A stretch of DNA of 64,000 nt from Syntrophorhabdaceae bacterium (GCA_963665295.1 OY762209.1:608001-672000), one strand, 5' to 3'; shown: positions 9,981 to 20,424, counted from the stretch's first letter. A program made the numbers and translations. Notes: generated by a model from the letters alone, not told the origin.

Positions 9981-11690
9981 ATGTTATTCTCCAAGATGTT
10001 TATTCCTACAATGAAAGAAGTCCCGAAAGAGGCCGAGGTAGTGAGCCACAAACTCATGCTCCGGGCCGGTTTCATCCGGCGCCTCGCATCGGGCATCTAC
10101 ACATGGCTGCCCCTGGGGCTCAGGTCCTTGCGAAAGGTCGAGAAGATCATACGGGAAGAGATGGACAAAAAGGGCGCCCAGGAGATCCTCATGCCCCTGG
10201 TCCAGCCCAAGGAACTCTGGGTCGAAAGCACGCGTTGGGAAAAGTACGGAAAGGAACTTCTCAGGTTCGTGGACAGGAACAACCGGGACATCTGCCTTGC
10301 CCCGACCCACGAAGAGGTCGTCACCGACCTCGTGAGACGGGAGGTGCGTTCATACAAGGAGCTTCCCTTGATCCTCTACCAGATACAGACAAAATTCCGG
10401 GATGAAATAAGGCCGCGCTTCGGCGTCATGCGGGGCAGGGAATTCACCATGAAGGACGCCTACAGCTTCGATATGGACGAGTCAGGGGCCGAGGCGAGCT
10501 ATCTCAACATGTACGACGCGTACATGAACATCTTCAAGCGCTGCGGCTTCAGCTTCAGGGCAGTGGAAGCCGACACGGGCCAGATCGGAGGGAGCTTCTC
10601 CCACGAATTCATGGTCCTCGCCGATACGGGAGAGGACATCATCATCTCCTGCAGCAACTGCGGCTATGCGGCAAACCTCGAAAGGGCCGAGATAGGGTTC
10701 GTGGAGCGTGAAACCTCACGGAAAAAAGGCGCCTTCAAGAGGGTCGAAACCCCCGGGAAGAAGAAGATCGACGACGTGGCGCAATTCCTCGGCGTTGCCC
10801 CGGACAAACTCGTGAAGACCCTCATCTACAATACGGACCAGGGCGTCCTGGGAGTGCTCGTCAAGGGCGACAGGGAGGTAAACGAGACGAAGCTCAGAAA
10901 CCTCATGGGTCTCGAATACATGGAACTGGCGGATGAAGAGACCATAGAGAAGGTCACGGGCGGTCCCCTCGGCTTCTCCGGGCCCATCGGCCTCAAGATC
11001 CCCCTCGTAGCGGATATGGACATCCTCTTCATGGAAGACTTCGTGGCAGGCGGAAACGAGAGGGACGTGCACGTAGTGGAGGTGAACGTGGAAGACTTCG
11101 CCGTGAAGGGCTTTTACGACCTCAAGACCGCCCAGCCGGGTGACCTCTGCCCGCGGTGCCGCGATAAGCACACTGCCACAAAGGGCATCGAGGTGGGCCA
11201 CATATTCAAACTGGGCCTCAAATACAGCAAGGCCATGAACGCCACCTTCCTCGACAACGGCGGGAAAGAACAATACATGGTAATGGGCTGTTACGGCATC
11301 GGCGTAAGCAGGACCGTGGCCGCGGCAATCGAGCAGGGACATGACGAGAACGGCATGGTCCTCCCCATCGCCATCGCCCCCTTCGAGGTAGACGTCCTGC
11401 CCGTGAACACATCCCATGCCGAGAGCATGGAACTGGCGAACCAGGTGTACAAAGCGCTCCTTGACAAGGGGATCGATGTGATCCTCGACGACAGGGACGA
11501 GAGGACGGGGGTCAAATTCAAGGACTGCGACCTCATAGGCATACCTGTCCGCGTCACCATAGGGGAACGGAACTTGAAGGACGGTTACGTGGAGATAAAA
11601 CTCCGGCGTGAAAAAGAGTCGGAGAGGGTAAAGAAGGAAGACGTAATAGAAAGGATTATTGCCCATGTTGAAGAGCTTAAACGCGTGTGA
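9981..11690 (+). CDS. proS: Proline--tRNA ligase (bacterial type with INS editing domain)
   Basis: SHKLMLRAG, LAPTHEE, FRDEIRPRFGVMRGREF, GIEVGHIF, MGCYGIG. Confidence 0.97.
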   Translation: MLFSKMFIPTMKEVPKEAEVVSHKLMLRAGFIRRLASGIYTWLPLGLRSLRKVEKIIREEMDKKGAQEILMPLVQPKELWVESTRWEKYGKELLRFVDRNNRDICLAPTHEEVVTDLVRREVRSYKELPLILYQIQTKFRDEIRPRFGVMRGREFTMKDAYSFDMDESGAEASYLNMYDAYMNIFKRCGFSFRAVEADTGQIGGSFSHEFMVLADTGEDIIISCSNCGYAANLERAEIGFVERETSRKKGAFKRVETPGKKKIDDVAQFLGVAPDKLVKTLIYNTDQGVLGVLVKGDREVNETKLRNLMGLEYMELADEETIEKVTGGPLGFSGPIGLKIPLVADMDILFMEDFVAGGNERDVHVVEVNVEDFAVKGFYDLKTAQPGDLCPRCRDKHTATKGIEVGHIFKLGLKYSKAMNATFLDNGGKEQYMVMGCYGIGVSRTVAAAIEQGHDENGMVLPIAIAPFEVDVLPVNTSHAESMELANQVYKALLDKGIDVILDDRDERTGVKFKDCDLIGIPVRVTIGERNLKDGYVEIKLRREKESERVKKEDVIERIIAHVEELKRV

Positions 11691-12867
11691 CCTCACCCCG
11701 GCGGAGGAGATAAAAGGCAGGATAGACCGGCTCAAGGGCAGAATGGCAAAAGAGGGTATCTCTTTTGCGGTCATCCTCCAGAACGTGGACCTCTTTTATT
11801 TCACCGGCACCCTGCAAAAAGGGGTGCTTGTCGTGGCCCTCGACGAAGATCCCCTCTTTTTCGTGGAAAAGAGCATGGTAAGGGCCCGCATCGAAACACC
11901 CCTCGACATTATCCCCATCAAAAAGGACAAGGACGTAAAGGAGGTCCTCGCGGCAAAAGGGCTCCTTAAGGGAGCATGCGGCATGGAGTTCGACGTCTTG
12001 CCCGTTCAAGTCTACGAGCGGTGGAAAAATATTCTCGGTCACGACACGTTCAAGGACCTTTCGTCCCTGGTCCGGGACGTACGCCTCGTCAAGAGCCCCT
12101 TTGAGATCGACCAGTTGCGAAAGTCAGGCGAAATCATCTCGAAGGTCTTCACCAAGGCCCGGGAGGTGGTGAGAGAGAACGCCCGGGAAGTTGACATAGC
12201 GGCGGTTCTCGAAGCGGAAGGGAAGATATACGGCCACCAGGGTTTCTTGAGGATGCGCGGACTCAACCAGGAGATGATGAACTGTTATGTGACCCACGGC
12301 CCGTCCGCAACCTTCCCTTCAGGAGCGGATGTCCCCATATCGGGAGTAGGTGTGACCCACGCTATCGGACAGGGGCCTTCCATCAACAGGGTCGTCAAGG
12401 GTGTTCCCCTCCTCATCGATTACGGTGGAGGATATAACGGCTATATCACGGACGAAACGCGGGTTTTCGTGGTGGGAGACCTTAAGGAAACCTTTAAGAC
12501 CGCCTACGCAACAGCGCGGGAGATCATAGAGGACGCCACTGTCTTCGGAAAGGAAGGAGTGGATGCCACGGAGCTATTCAACCGGGCGGCCCGGGTGGTG
12601 GAAAAAGAGAAGCTGTCGGACTATTTCATGGGACACGGCGAAGGAAAGGTGGCTTTCATAGGGCACGGCCTCGGCCTCGAGATCAACGAACTTCCCGTGA
12701 TCACCCCCAGGCACCATATCACCCTGGAAGAGGGCATGGTCTTTGCCTTTGAGCCCAAATTCATCTTCCCCGGTGAAGGCGCGGTGGGGATCGAGGTGGA
12801 CTATGTGGTGAGGAAAGACCGCCTGGAGCGGATAAACGATTTTCCTATCGACATAGTGTGGCTCTGA
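11665..12867 (+). CDS. Xaa-Pro aminopeptidase (M24 family)
   Basis: Creatinase-like N-domain, RLVKSPFEI, GYITDETR, GHGLGLE, FEPK, GIE. Confidence 0.88.
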   Translation: MLKSLNACDLTPAEEIKGRIDRLKGRMAKEGISFAVILQNVDLFYFTGTLQKGVLVVALDEDPLFFVEKSMVRARIETPLDIIPIKKDKDVKEVLAAKGLLKGACGMEFDVLPVQVYERWKNILGHDTFKDLSSLVRDVRLVKSPFEIDQLRKSGEIISKVFTKAREVVRENAREVDIAAVLEAEGKIYGHQGFLRMRGLNQEMMNCYVTHGPSATFPSGADVPISGVGVTHAIGQGPSINRVVKGVPLLIDYGGGYNGYITDETRVFVVGDLKETFKTAYATAREIIEDATVFGKEGVDATELFNRAARVVEKEKLSDYFMGHGEGKVAFIGHGLGLEINELPVITPRHHITLEEGMVFAFEPKFIFPGEGAVGIEVDYVVRKDRLERINDFPIDIVWL

Positions 12868-13023
12868 AGAGGCCCGCAAAGTACCCGAAGTGTGACAAAT
12901 GTCACAGTATTCAGTGGTGAAAAGGATCATATCTGAGCATAGAACAAACCTGTATTTTTCGAAGCGCTGAAGCGGCGAGCCGCCGCGCGCGCTCAGGATA
13001 CCGAAAAAAGGAGGACACTCAAG

Positions 13024-14238
13024 ATGACCGGGAAAACAAAGAACAGATTGTCGGGGTTGATGTTGTGGTTATTGGCGGTCTCATGCGCTGCATTCATATC
13101 AGTTTCCGGCCATGGGTCGGTCTACGCATGGGAATGCACGGGAACCCCGTCTCAATGCGCGGATTACCTCGAAGCGGTGACAAGCGCCCAGGGGGACCTG
13201 ACTCCGGATAAGGTATACACGAATCTCACCCCCGTTACGACTACCAATCCGAACCTTATATGGAAGGACGGCGTGCCGGGATCGAGACTGCTCGTGGCGG
13301 CGTACAAGTACGGCACGGATGCGAATCCTCCCTTCTTCGCATGTCAGCCCGGCGTGCCCTTCCCCAAAGACTGCGCCGTATTGGGAAGCCCGTGGGTAAC
13401 CATGGTCCCGGAACTCCTCAATTTCTTCCAAAAAAATACCTATTCCACCCTCAGGATCGAACAACTCCTCGGGTTGCCGCCAAACTACGGCAATGACTGG
13501 ATCGTCGAATACTGGGCCAATCCCGCGGACCTTTTCCGTCCCGGCATGGACCCACAGACCTCGTACCGGGAGGGGACAGTCCAGTTCCCGTGGAATTCAA
13601 ACGCCTTTCTGACCATGAACTCAGGCGACAACGCCAAGGTGTGGGACGACTACTGCACCATTTCCACGGACCCCTCGTGCACCTGCGTCGCAGGCGCCCA
13701 GTACACGGACTACCAGTGCTGGTTTCAGAACAGGAGGACGTGGGTATACTCCTATGATCTCTCCGGAGCGCCCTATCCCTGGACAGGACTGGGGTATACC
13801 TATGACTGGGGGAACTCGAAGACGGTGGTGGGTCTGAGCGAATTCGTACTTAACAAAGCCCCGGACCACGATCCGTTTATCGTCACCATCCAGTCCGTAA
13901 CCAAGGCAAGTGAGTATCTTGCACGAAACCAGAAGGTCACCCTTACCGTTAACAAGAGCGGTCTCGGCAAGGGTTCCGTAAAAAGTACCCCTTCAGGCAT
14001 CAGTTGCAGCAAGAATTGCACGAGCACATCGAAGAAGTTCAACAAGTATGCCGATGTGACCCTCACCGCCAAAGCCGAGAAGGGCTCGATCTTTACCGGA
14101 TGGGGCGAGGCATGTTCGGGTATCGCCTTGACGTGCACCATACCGCTCACATCCGACCTCACCGTTACGGCCGGCTTCGCCGCAGACACGGACGCCGCCA
14201 AGACAGGGGAAGCGCCGAAGACGGGAGAAGCGAAGTAG
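13024..14238 (+). CDS. Secreted protein: uncharacterised N-terminal domain + C-terminal InlB B-repeat-like domain
   Basis: Signal peptide; RIEQLLGLPP, DLFRP, YPWTGLGYTYDW; C-terminal LTVNKSGLGKGSV...FTGWGEAC. Confidence 0.75.
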   Translation: MTGKTKNRLSGLMLWLLAVSCAAFISVSGHGSVYAWECTGTPSQCADYLEAVTSAQGDLTPDKVYTNLTPVTTTNPNLIWKDGVPGSRLLVAAYKYGTDANPPFFACQPGVPFPKDCAVLGSPWVTMVPELLNFFQKNTYSTLRIEQLLGLPPNYGNDWIVEYWANPADLFRPGMDPQTSYREGTVQFPWNSNAFLTMNSGDNAKVWDDYCTISTDPSCTCVAGAQYTDYQCWFQNRRTWVYSYDLSGAPYPWTGLGYTYDWGNSKTVVGLSEFVLNKAPDHDPFIVTIQSVTKASEYLARNQKVTLTVNKSGLGKGSVKSTPSGISCSKNCTSTSKKFNKYADVTLTAKAEKGSIFTGWGEACSGIALTCTIPLTSDLTVTAGFAADTDAAKTGEAPKTGEAK

Positions 14239-14240
14239 CG

Positions 14241-14762
14241 ATGCTCTACTCCTTTGACGGAAAATCGCCCCGGATCGGCGACGACACCTACGTAAGCGAG
14301 CACGCCCTCGTTATAGGGGATGTGATCATCGGGGACAAGTGCTACATCGGTCACGGCGCCATACTCCGCGGGGACTATGGCGCGATAACCATCGGCCCGG
14401 GCACCGCGGTGGAGGAAGGGGTGATCATCCATGCGCCACCGAATGACCTCTGCCGCATAGAAGAGAGGGTCACCATGGGCCACGGCGCAATCATCCACGC
14501 GGCCCTCGTGGGGAGCCGCTCGGTAATAGGGATGGGCGCGGTCCTCAGCATCCGCTCGGAAGTGGGCGAAAACACGATCGTTGCCGAAGGCGCGGTGGTG
14601 CGCATGAACCAAGTCATCCCCTCCGATGTGGTAACGGGAGGAAACCCCGCGAAGACAATCCGGAACATGACCCCCAAAGATGTGGAATACTGGGCCATGG
14701 CAAAAGAGCTTTACATCAACCTTGCGAAGAAGTATTGCGTCGAGGGGATGCATCCCCTCTGA
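14241..14762 (+). CDS. Gamma carbonic anhydrase family (hexapeptide repeat) protein
   Basis: IGDVIIG, ILRGD, VIIH, TMGHGAIIH. Confidence 0.9.
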   Translation: MLYSFDGKSPRIGDDTYVSEHALVIGDVIIGDKCYIGHGAILRGDYGAITIGPGTAVEEGVIIHAPPNDLCRIEERVTMGHGAIIHAALVGSRSVIGMGAVLSIRSEVGENTIVAEGAVVRMNQVIPSDVVTGGNPAKTIRNMTPKDVEYWAMAKELYINLAKKYCVEGMHPL

Positions 14763-14827
14763 GAGATGATGTTTCGGCCCCGGCCTTCCCGGCCGCGGGC
14801 TCGCGGGCCGCGACGTGTGGGTTCGCC

Positions 14828-15235
14828 CTACCTGCCGTGCTCTCCCTTCTTCTCCGACCTGAAGCGGGCAAGCTCGTCCGCAAGCCACCGGGCCGTAGGT
14901 ATTTCCGGGCCGTTGTTGCACTGGACCAGATAGGTCTTGCCGGAGATCTCGCTTTTCGTGGCCGCCAACTTGATGAAGTCTTCCGTTGATTTTATCCGCC
15001 CCTTTTTCATGAAGTAATCGTACTTCAATTTCACGTGGTCCAAGGGACCTTTCACGTCTTCGTACCATGAACCGTTTCGATAGAAGCGGCAGCCGGACTT
15101 TTCGATATAACCGAGAAGGTGGGCAATTTCCGACCGGCTCTCGGGAGACATCTCCTGGGGAATTCCCGGCAAAGGGACGGTGAGAAACACGATCAAAAGG
15201 AGGATGGCGGGAATTGCTCTCAGGGTATGTCTCAT
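14828..15235 (-). CDS. DUF5329/YfeK-like exported protein
   Basis: EIAHLL...SGCRFYRNG...TEDFI...ATKSEISGKTY pattern; start uncertain (15235 or 15262). Confidence 0.75.
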   Translation of the reverse strand: MRHTLRAIPAILLLIVFLTVPLPGIPQEMSPESRSEIAHLLGYIEKSGCRFYRNGSWYEDVKGPLDHVKLKYDYFMKKGRIKSTEDFIKLAATKSEISGKTYLVQCNNGPEIPTARWLADELARFRSEKKGEHGR

Positions 15236-15358
15236 TTGCGGGCTTGTCCTTGTCCCGCCCATCAGGGCGGCACGGAATGATTATAAACCGGCGCGCCCCT
15301 TTATTTCAAGGCCCTCTTCCACCCAGGGGCTAATGCCCGGCATTGCCCCGTGACAGTC

Positions 15359-15395
15359 ACCGAAAACGGGGACCGGCACGGCCCTCGTTTTCGGT
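15359..15395. terminator. Stem-loop downstream of the 15410 gene (possible terminator)
   Basis: ACCGAAAACG...CGTTTTCGGT inverted repeat; no clear U-tract. Confidence 0.4.
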
Positions 15396-15409
15396 CGGTT
15401 AAGACAGCC

Positions 15410-16315
15410 TTACTTTTTCGCGTTGGGCACCATTACTACCATGCTGGTGCTTGCCTCGAACCATTCGCCTGTTGTCTTGAGCTGGGCCATCACGGTAAGT
15501 GTCGCTGTATAAGTGGCCTTCTGCTTGCCTGGGGCAGGCAAAATACTCGTAAACTCGCCTGCCAGGGACTGGGGGTTGGTGGGATTGCTCTTGTCATAGC
15601 GCAGGAACTTCACGTTGAGGGAGCTTCCGTCCGCGCTCGAAGGCGAACCCGGAGCCCTGAAGATCGCCACGGTCTGATCGATGGGGGAACCGCCCGTAAC
15701 CGGTACCTGTATCCTTACGATCTTTACCGAATCAGGATCGATATCCTTTTCGGAGTAGCCGTCAGGGAGCCTGACCTTGCAGCTCGCCCAATTTCCCTTG
15801 CTGTCGAGGTTGAGCGTTTTCGGCTCGAAGCCGACGAGCATGGTGTCGTTTATTTCGTGTCCACCCAGGATATACTGGGCGCCGCTTGCGGCTTCAAAGA
15901 GGACATAGAGTTTCCCTCCGTCGCCGTAGGCGATATGCGTATATGTACCGACTATGCCGGTGGGGATTTTCGGTTGCGCGGCAAGAACGGTCAAGCCCGA
16001 TATCTCGTTCCACGCGGCGACTGCTGTATCCGTGACTGCAAACAGGGTCCCCTTGGGCCCCACTGCGAAGTCACGGACTATGGTGTCCGGACCCGCAACG
16101 GCCGCCGTACCCGCTATGGCGGCTAAGGGGGTGATGATGGCAACGGCGCCCGCTTCGCTGATCCCGTACAAGACGTCGTCGGCTGCAACCTCGATCACCT
16201 TTGGCGCGGCGAGAGGGAGTGGGTCATCCCACGTTACATCCTGGGCGAAGGCGCCGGCGAGGCCCCACCCGAAAATCATACTCAATGCGATTATTGCCAT
16301 GATTGTTTTCTTCAC
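15410..16315 (-). CDS. Secreted hypothetical protein
   Basis: AAGGAGG RBS before GTG; signal peptide ending AFA; C-terminal PKTLNLDSKGNW...DIDPDSV...VKF beta-rich domain. Confidence 0.7.
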   Translation of the reverse strand: MKKTIMAIIALSMIFGWGLAGAFAQDVTWDDPLPLAAPKVIEVAADDVLYGISEAGAVAIITPLAAIAGTAAVAGPDTIVRDFAVGPKGTLFAVTDTAVAAWNEISGLTVLAAQPKIPTGIVGTYTHIAYGDGGKLYVLFEAASGAQYILGGHEINDTMLVGFEPKTLNLDSKGNWASCKVRLPDGYSEKDIDPDSVKIVRIQVPVTGGSPIDQTVAIFRAPGSPSSADGSSLNVKFLRYDKSNPTNPQSLAGEFTSILPAPGKQKATYTATLTVMAQLKTTGEWFEASTSMVVMVPNAKK

Positions 16316-16767
16316 TTCGGTAACCTCCTTGTTCTTAAGACTCCTGTGTTGCAATCAGATTCTGTGGAGCCTTCACACCCCGTTCCGGTAACGGCCCGGC
16401 TCCTCTGTGTAAAATATGAATTAACTCGGCGGGTGCTGTTCTGCCTGAACCTCTAATCTTGAAATATGACCAATCATCCTGCCACGGCAGGAAGGCCGGT
16501 TGCCCCGACTGTTCCATCCGGTCCTGTCATTCACCTCCTTTCCCGAGGCAACGGTAATGCGAGTCCGGAAGGCCTTCCCCAGCACCCGAAGGTTCTTGTA
16601 TCACTATGGGACACCATTCTCCATGACCCACGTCACATTGCATATGCTCCCGCAACAGCCGAAAATCTGCGTAAAGCCCGGACCGGCCCGATTTTATGAT
16701 AATCCCACGCGCTTTTTTTCTAGTCATTTTTGTTGGAAATATTTGACTTCTTTTCGATCGATGCGGA

Positions 16768-17604
16768 TCAGGAAGCAGCCCGGTCCCGTGTCTCCCCGAA
16801 ATCGATGCCCATGTGGCGGCCCATGAGGGTAAACTGGCCCAGGGTCATTTCATACCCCGTCTGGACAGGGCAGCCACGGGCCAGCGCTGCCGTGAGCCAG
16901 GGCGTAATATCCGGATCGGTCACCACGTCGGCCACAAAGGTGCGGGCATCGAGACTGTGCGGGGGAAAAGGCATCCGGGGGTCGCCGTTCATGCCGAGGG
17001 GGGTGGCGTTTACCGCGAGGTCGACCCCGGCAAGGGTGTCGAGGCGGTGCGAGAGTTTGACGGAAGGGTATCGCACCGCGAGGAGGTCGAGAAGCCGGTT
17101 CCTCCTGCCGGGATCCGTCTCTATCACCGCGAGCTCCGCTGCTCCGGCCTGGGCTGCAGCATAGGCTATGGCGCCGCCCGCGCCGCCCGCGCCAAAGACC
17201 GCCACGCGCCGCTCTTTCACCTCGAAACCGTGGCGCCTGAGCGCCTCAAGGAAGCCCAGGCCGTCCACCATATCCCCTACGAGCCGCCCATCCCCCGTCC
17301 TCCTGATGACGTTGACCGCGCCCAAGTCCCGGGCCCGGTCGGAAAGTTCGTCCACGCAGCGCGCCGCTTCCTGTTTGTGCGGTATGGTGACCACGCAGCC
17401 GGGGCAATTCCGCCAGCCCCTGAGGAGGGAGAAGAAATGGCCCACCCTCTCCGGGCGAACGTCAATGGCGATCATCACCCGGTCCATGCGCTTTCCGTTA
17501 AAATAACGGTTGAAGGTGGTGGGTGATTTCACCTGTGTCGTCGGATGGCCGATCATGGGGTACACAAGGGTTGTCCCGGACGGGACCATGAAGTCGGTAG
17601 TCAT
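16768..17604 (-). CDS. aroE: Shikimate dehydrogenase family protein
   Basis: IGHP, VTIPHK, GAVN, GDMVDG, GAGGAG, VNATPLGM. Confidence 0.85.
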   Translation of the reverse strand: MTTDFMVPSGTTLVYPMIGHPTTQVKSPTTFNRYFNGKRMDRVMIAIDVRPERVGHFFSLLRGWRNCPGCVVTIPHKQEAARCVDELSDRARDLGAVNVIRRTGDGRLVGDMVDGLGFLEALRRHGFEVKERRVAVFGAGGAGGAIAYAAAQAGAAELAVIETDPGRRNRLLDLLAVRYPSVKLSHRLDTLAGVDLAVNATPLGMNGDPRMPFPPHSLDARTFVADVVTDPDITPWLTAALARGCPVQTGYEMTLGQFTLMGRHMGIDFGETRDRAAS

Positions 17605-17649
17605 ACTTTGTTCTTCCTTTTTGATACGGCAACGGTCGTCAGACGACGA

Positions 17650-18060
17650 TCAGGGGTTGCCGGGCACCCATACCTTGTGGGACGGGACCCATCTGCCGTT
17701 TATGGATTGGCCGGGCACCTCGACCCATTGCCCTGATTTGGACCCTCCGTCACTTCCGGAAGAGGGTTTCGAGCCCTGACGGGACGTGAGTGCCGGGTCG
17801 GGATAAGCATAGGCCTGATTCGGAAAATAGACAGGTGGAGGAGGAGGATAGACATAGACGGGCCGTGGATAAACGTACACGGGTGGCGGCGGCGCGTAAT
17901 ACCAGGGCCGGGCGATGACCGCGCCGAGAACGACGCCCCCCGCGAAGACCCCGGGTCCATACCAGCCCCACCCCCCATACCATCTCCCGTGGCCCGTGGC
18001 AGGAAGGGCCAGGGATATGCCCAGAAGGGCGGTAACGATGATCAGGGAATTCCTTCTCAT
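17650..18060 (-). CDS. Pro/Tyr-rich exported hypothetical protein
   Basis: Signal peptide, GW-rich then PPPPVYVYP repeats; AAGGAG RBS. Confidence 0.65.
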   Translation of the reverse strand: MRRNSLIIVTALLGISLALPATGHGRWYGGWGWYGPGVFAGGVVLGAVIARPWYYAPPPPVYVYPRPVYVYPPPPPVYFPNQAYAYPDPALTSRQGSKPSSGSDGGSKSGQWVEVPGQSINGRWVPSHKVWVPGNP

Positions 18061-18176
18061 AGATGTCTCCTTTTCCCGAAAATACCTATAAGAAGATATG
18101 ATGTTTTACAGGAGAATTGCAAGTACCCGCGGCGGGTATCCGTATCCGACATGGACTGCGGCAGGCGCGCTACGCG

Positions 18177-18211
18177 GCCCTCAAGGCAAGGGCTCTCGCT
18201 GCCTTGAGGGC
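18177..18211. terminator. Hairpin downstream of sigma factor gene
   Basis: GCCCTCAAGGCA-N11-TGCCTTGAGGGC. Confidence 0.45.
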
Positions 18212-18242
18212 AAAATCAGCGGTTAAATCACTTCTATCCGGT

Positions 18243-19757
18243 CTATTCCTGGAAGCTCTCCAGCGTCTTTCGTCTTGAGGGATGCTGCAGCTTTCGTAAG
18301 GCCTTGGCCTCGATCTGGCGGATGCGCTCACGGGTAAGCCCGAAGACATCGCCCACCTCTTCAAGGGTAAAGTCCGTCTTTTCGCCGATGCCGAGTCTCA
18401 TCCTCACAACCTTTTCTTCTCTCGGGGTAAGGGTCGACAAGACTTTGTCTATCTCTTCCTTAAGCGCGGTGCCCACAAACTCCGTGAAAGGCGAAGACGC
18501 CTTGGGGTCCGCGATAAAATCGCCGAGTTTTGACTCATCGTCTCCCACGGGGGTCTCGATGGACACGGTCCCGTTGGAGACCTTCATAACCTTTCTCACC
18601 TTCTCCACGGGAAGTCCCGCTTTAACGGAAATTTCTTCGATGTTCGGCTTTCTCCCCAATTCCTGGAAGAGGGTTACCGTGGCCTTGCTGATCTTGTTCA
18701 TGGTTTCGAGTATATGGACCGGCACTCTGATGGTCCGTGCGTAATCCGCGATTGCCCGCGTTATGGCCTGCCTGATCCACCATGTCGAGTACGTGGAGAA
18801 CTTGTAGCCTTTCTGATAGTCATATTTTTCCGCTGCCTTCATGAGTCCCATGTTGCCTTCCTGAATAAGATCAAGGAACGGCAAACCACGGTTCAGGTAC
18901 TTCTTGGAGATATTGATGACAAGCCTCAGGTTTGCCTGAACAAGCCTGTTCTTCACAATCTTCAGACTGTTGTCGATTTCACTCAAGGCCATCAGTTTCT
19001 GCTTTACCACGCGGGCCGCGCGATCATCCATAAACCTCACCGGCCGCGCGATCTTCCTGATGATTTCCACGATAATCTTCTTGTTGAGCCTGAGATTGAG
19101 CAGGATTTCCTCAGTCTTGTCGTTGACCTTCTTAAGCTCGGCGGCAAGCTCCGCCCTGTCCGTCCCCTGGGTCCCCACCAGCCTTCGCGTTATGTCTTCT
19201 TTCTTGTCGTGAAGGCTTTTTATGCTGTTGATGGCGGATATGGTCTTCTTCTTGTATTTGTCCTCATCCTTCTGGGTGTAGTTCATCTCATCGATATTGT
19301 TGATCACATCCAGAATGTTTACCGTGTCGTCCTTCAATTGCCGGGCTATTTCAAGAAGCTCGTCCACTGCCTCCGGCAGTTCGAAGAGGATGTTCTTTGC
19401 CCTTCTTTCGCCTTCTTCAATCTTTTTCGCTATCTGGTATTCCTCGTCGGATGTAAGAAGCGAGACATGTCCTATATCCTTCAGGTACGTCCAGATGATG
19501 TTGTCGCCTCTCTCCGGGGACAGCTTCTCGGCCTCTCCCCAGTCCGCGCTCTCTTCCTCGCCCACCTCAACCTTTTCCTGGATCGTTTCGACTACGTCGA
19601 TATTCGATTCGGAAAAAAAGTCGAACACGTCTTCAATATCCTCAGGGGAGAAAACGCTCCGGGGGAGAAAATCGTTGATCTCATCGGAGGTAAGGAAGCC
19701 CTTCTCCGTTCCCAGGTCCATAAGGTGTTTTACTTCTGCAGATTTATTTATCGTCAT
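18243..19757 (-). CDS. rpoD: RpoD-like sigma-70 factor (divergent; regions 1.1-4 present)
   Basis: ANLRLV, DLIQEGN, WWIRQAITRAIAD, TLEEVG...TRERIRQIEAKALRKL. Confidence 0.85.
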   Translation of the reverse strand: MTINKSAEVKHLMDLGTEKGFLTSDEINDFLPRSVFSPEDIEDVFDFFSESNIDVVETIQEKVEVGEEESADWGEAEKLSPERGDNIIWTYLKDIGHVSLLTSDEEYQIAKKIEEGERRAKNILFELPEAVDELLEIARQLKDDTVNILDVINNIDEMNYTQKDEDKYKKKTISAINSIKSLHDKKEDITRRLVGTQGTDRAELAAELKKVNDKTEEILLNLRLNKKIIVEIIRKIARPVRFMDDRAARVVKQKLMALSEIDNSLKIVKNRLVQANLRLVINISKKYLNRGLPFLDLIQEGNMGLMKAAEKYDYQKGYKFSTYSTWWIRQAITRAIADYARTIRVPVHILETMNKISKATVTLFQELGRKPNIEEISVKAGLPVEKVRKVMKVSNGTVSIETPVGDDESKLGDFIADPKASSPFTEFVGTALKEEIDKVLSTLTPREEKVVRMRLGIGEKTDFTLEEVGDVFGLTRERIRQIEAKALRKLQHPSRRKTLESFQE

Positions 19758-19935
19758 TATCACTCCGAAATGAAAATGCCCTTTTTTGTGGAAAAGGGCA
19801 TTCAGATTTATGTCCCTAATTTATGACAACTTATAGTATAAACCTATTTTCGTCCCACGTCAACATCGTTTAACAAATCGAACGGATTCATCGATCCCTC
19901 AAACGCCGTGGACCGTTGCGGGCAAAGGGCCTGCC

Positions 19936-20424
19936 TCAGTATTCCTTCACCGGGTTCAGGTTGAGCACTCGTCTGAGGATGATCAACTCCGAAAGGTGAA
20001 ACACGTTATGGTCCGCGGCGAGGAGGACCTCCCGGAATACGGTGTACCCCTTTGCATGGGGGATGGGGTTGAAAAGATCGGTCTCCGGGTCGTTAACCAA
20101 CCCTTCCAGGGCCTCCGTATCAGCCCTGATCCTTTCAACGGTCTTTTTCCATTGGGCAGGCGTGGTCGCAGCGCCCGGTTCCGGCCAGTAACCGTCGGGA
20201 AAATCGGGAGAAACGTGCTGCGGGTCTATCACGAACCGGAGGATGTCCCACTGGGCGATCCGCATGTGTTCAAGGAGATGCCCTATGGTATAATTACCGT
20301 TCGGCACCCTCCTGTTGATCTCCTCCAGAGGAAAACCCGAGACAGCCTCGTCAAAGGTCATGTGGGCGTTGCCGCCCCTCAGAAGGGCCATCAGCTCTTC
20401 GCGGATTACCTGGTCTTTATTCAT
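19936..20424 (-). CDS. DinB family protein
   Basis: GGNAHM, LLEHMRIAQWDIL, YWP, ADHNVFH. Confidence 0.85.
   Translation of the reverse strand: MNKDQVIREELMALLRGGNAHMTFDEAVSGFPLEEINRRVPNGNYTIGHLLEHMRIAQWDILRFVIDPQHVSPDFPDGYWPEPGAATTPAQWKKTVERIRADTEALEGLVNDPETDLFNPIPHAKGYTVFREVLLAADHNVFHLSELIILRRVLNLNPVKEY

Noticed and set aside
16335..16600. Riboswitch or small ORF in the leader of the 15410-16315 gene (strong AGGAGGTGA present)
   Set aside because: No recognisable aptamer consensus; SD spacing to the nearby ATGs is poor.
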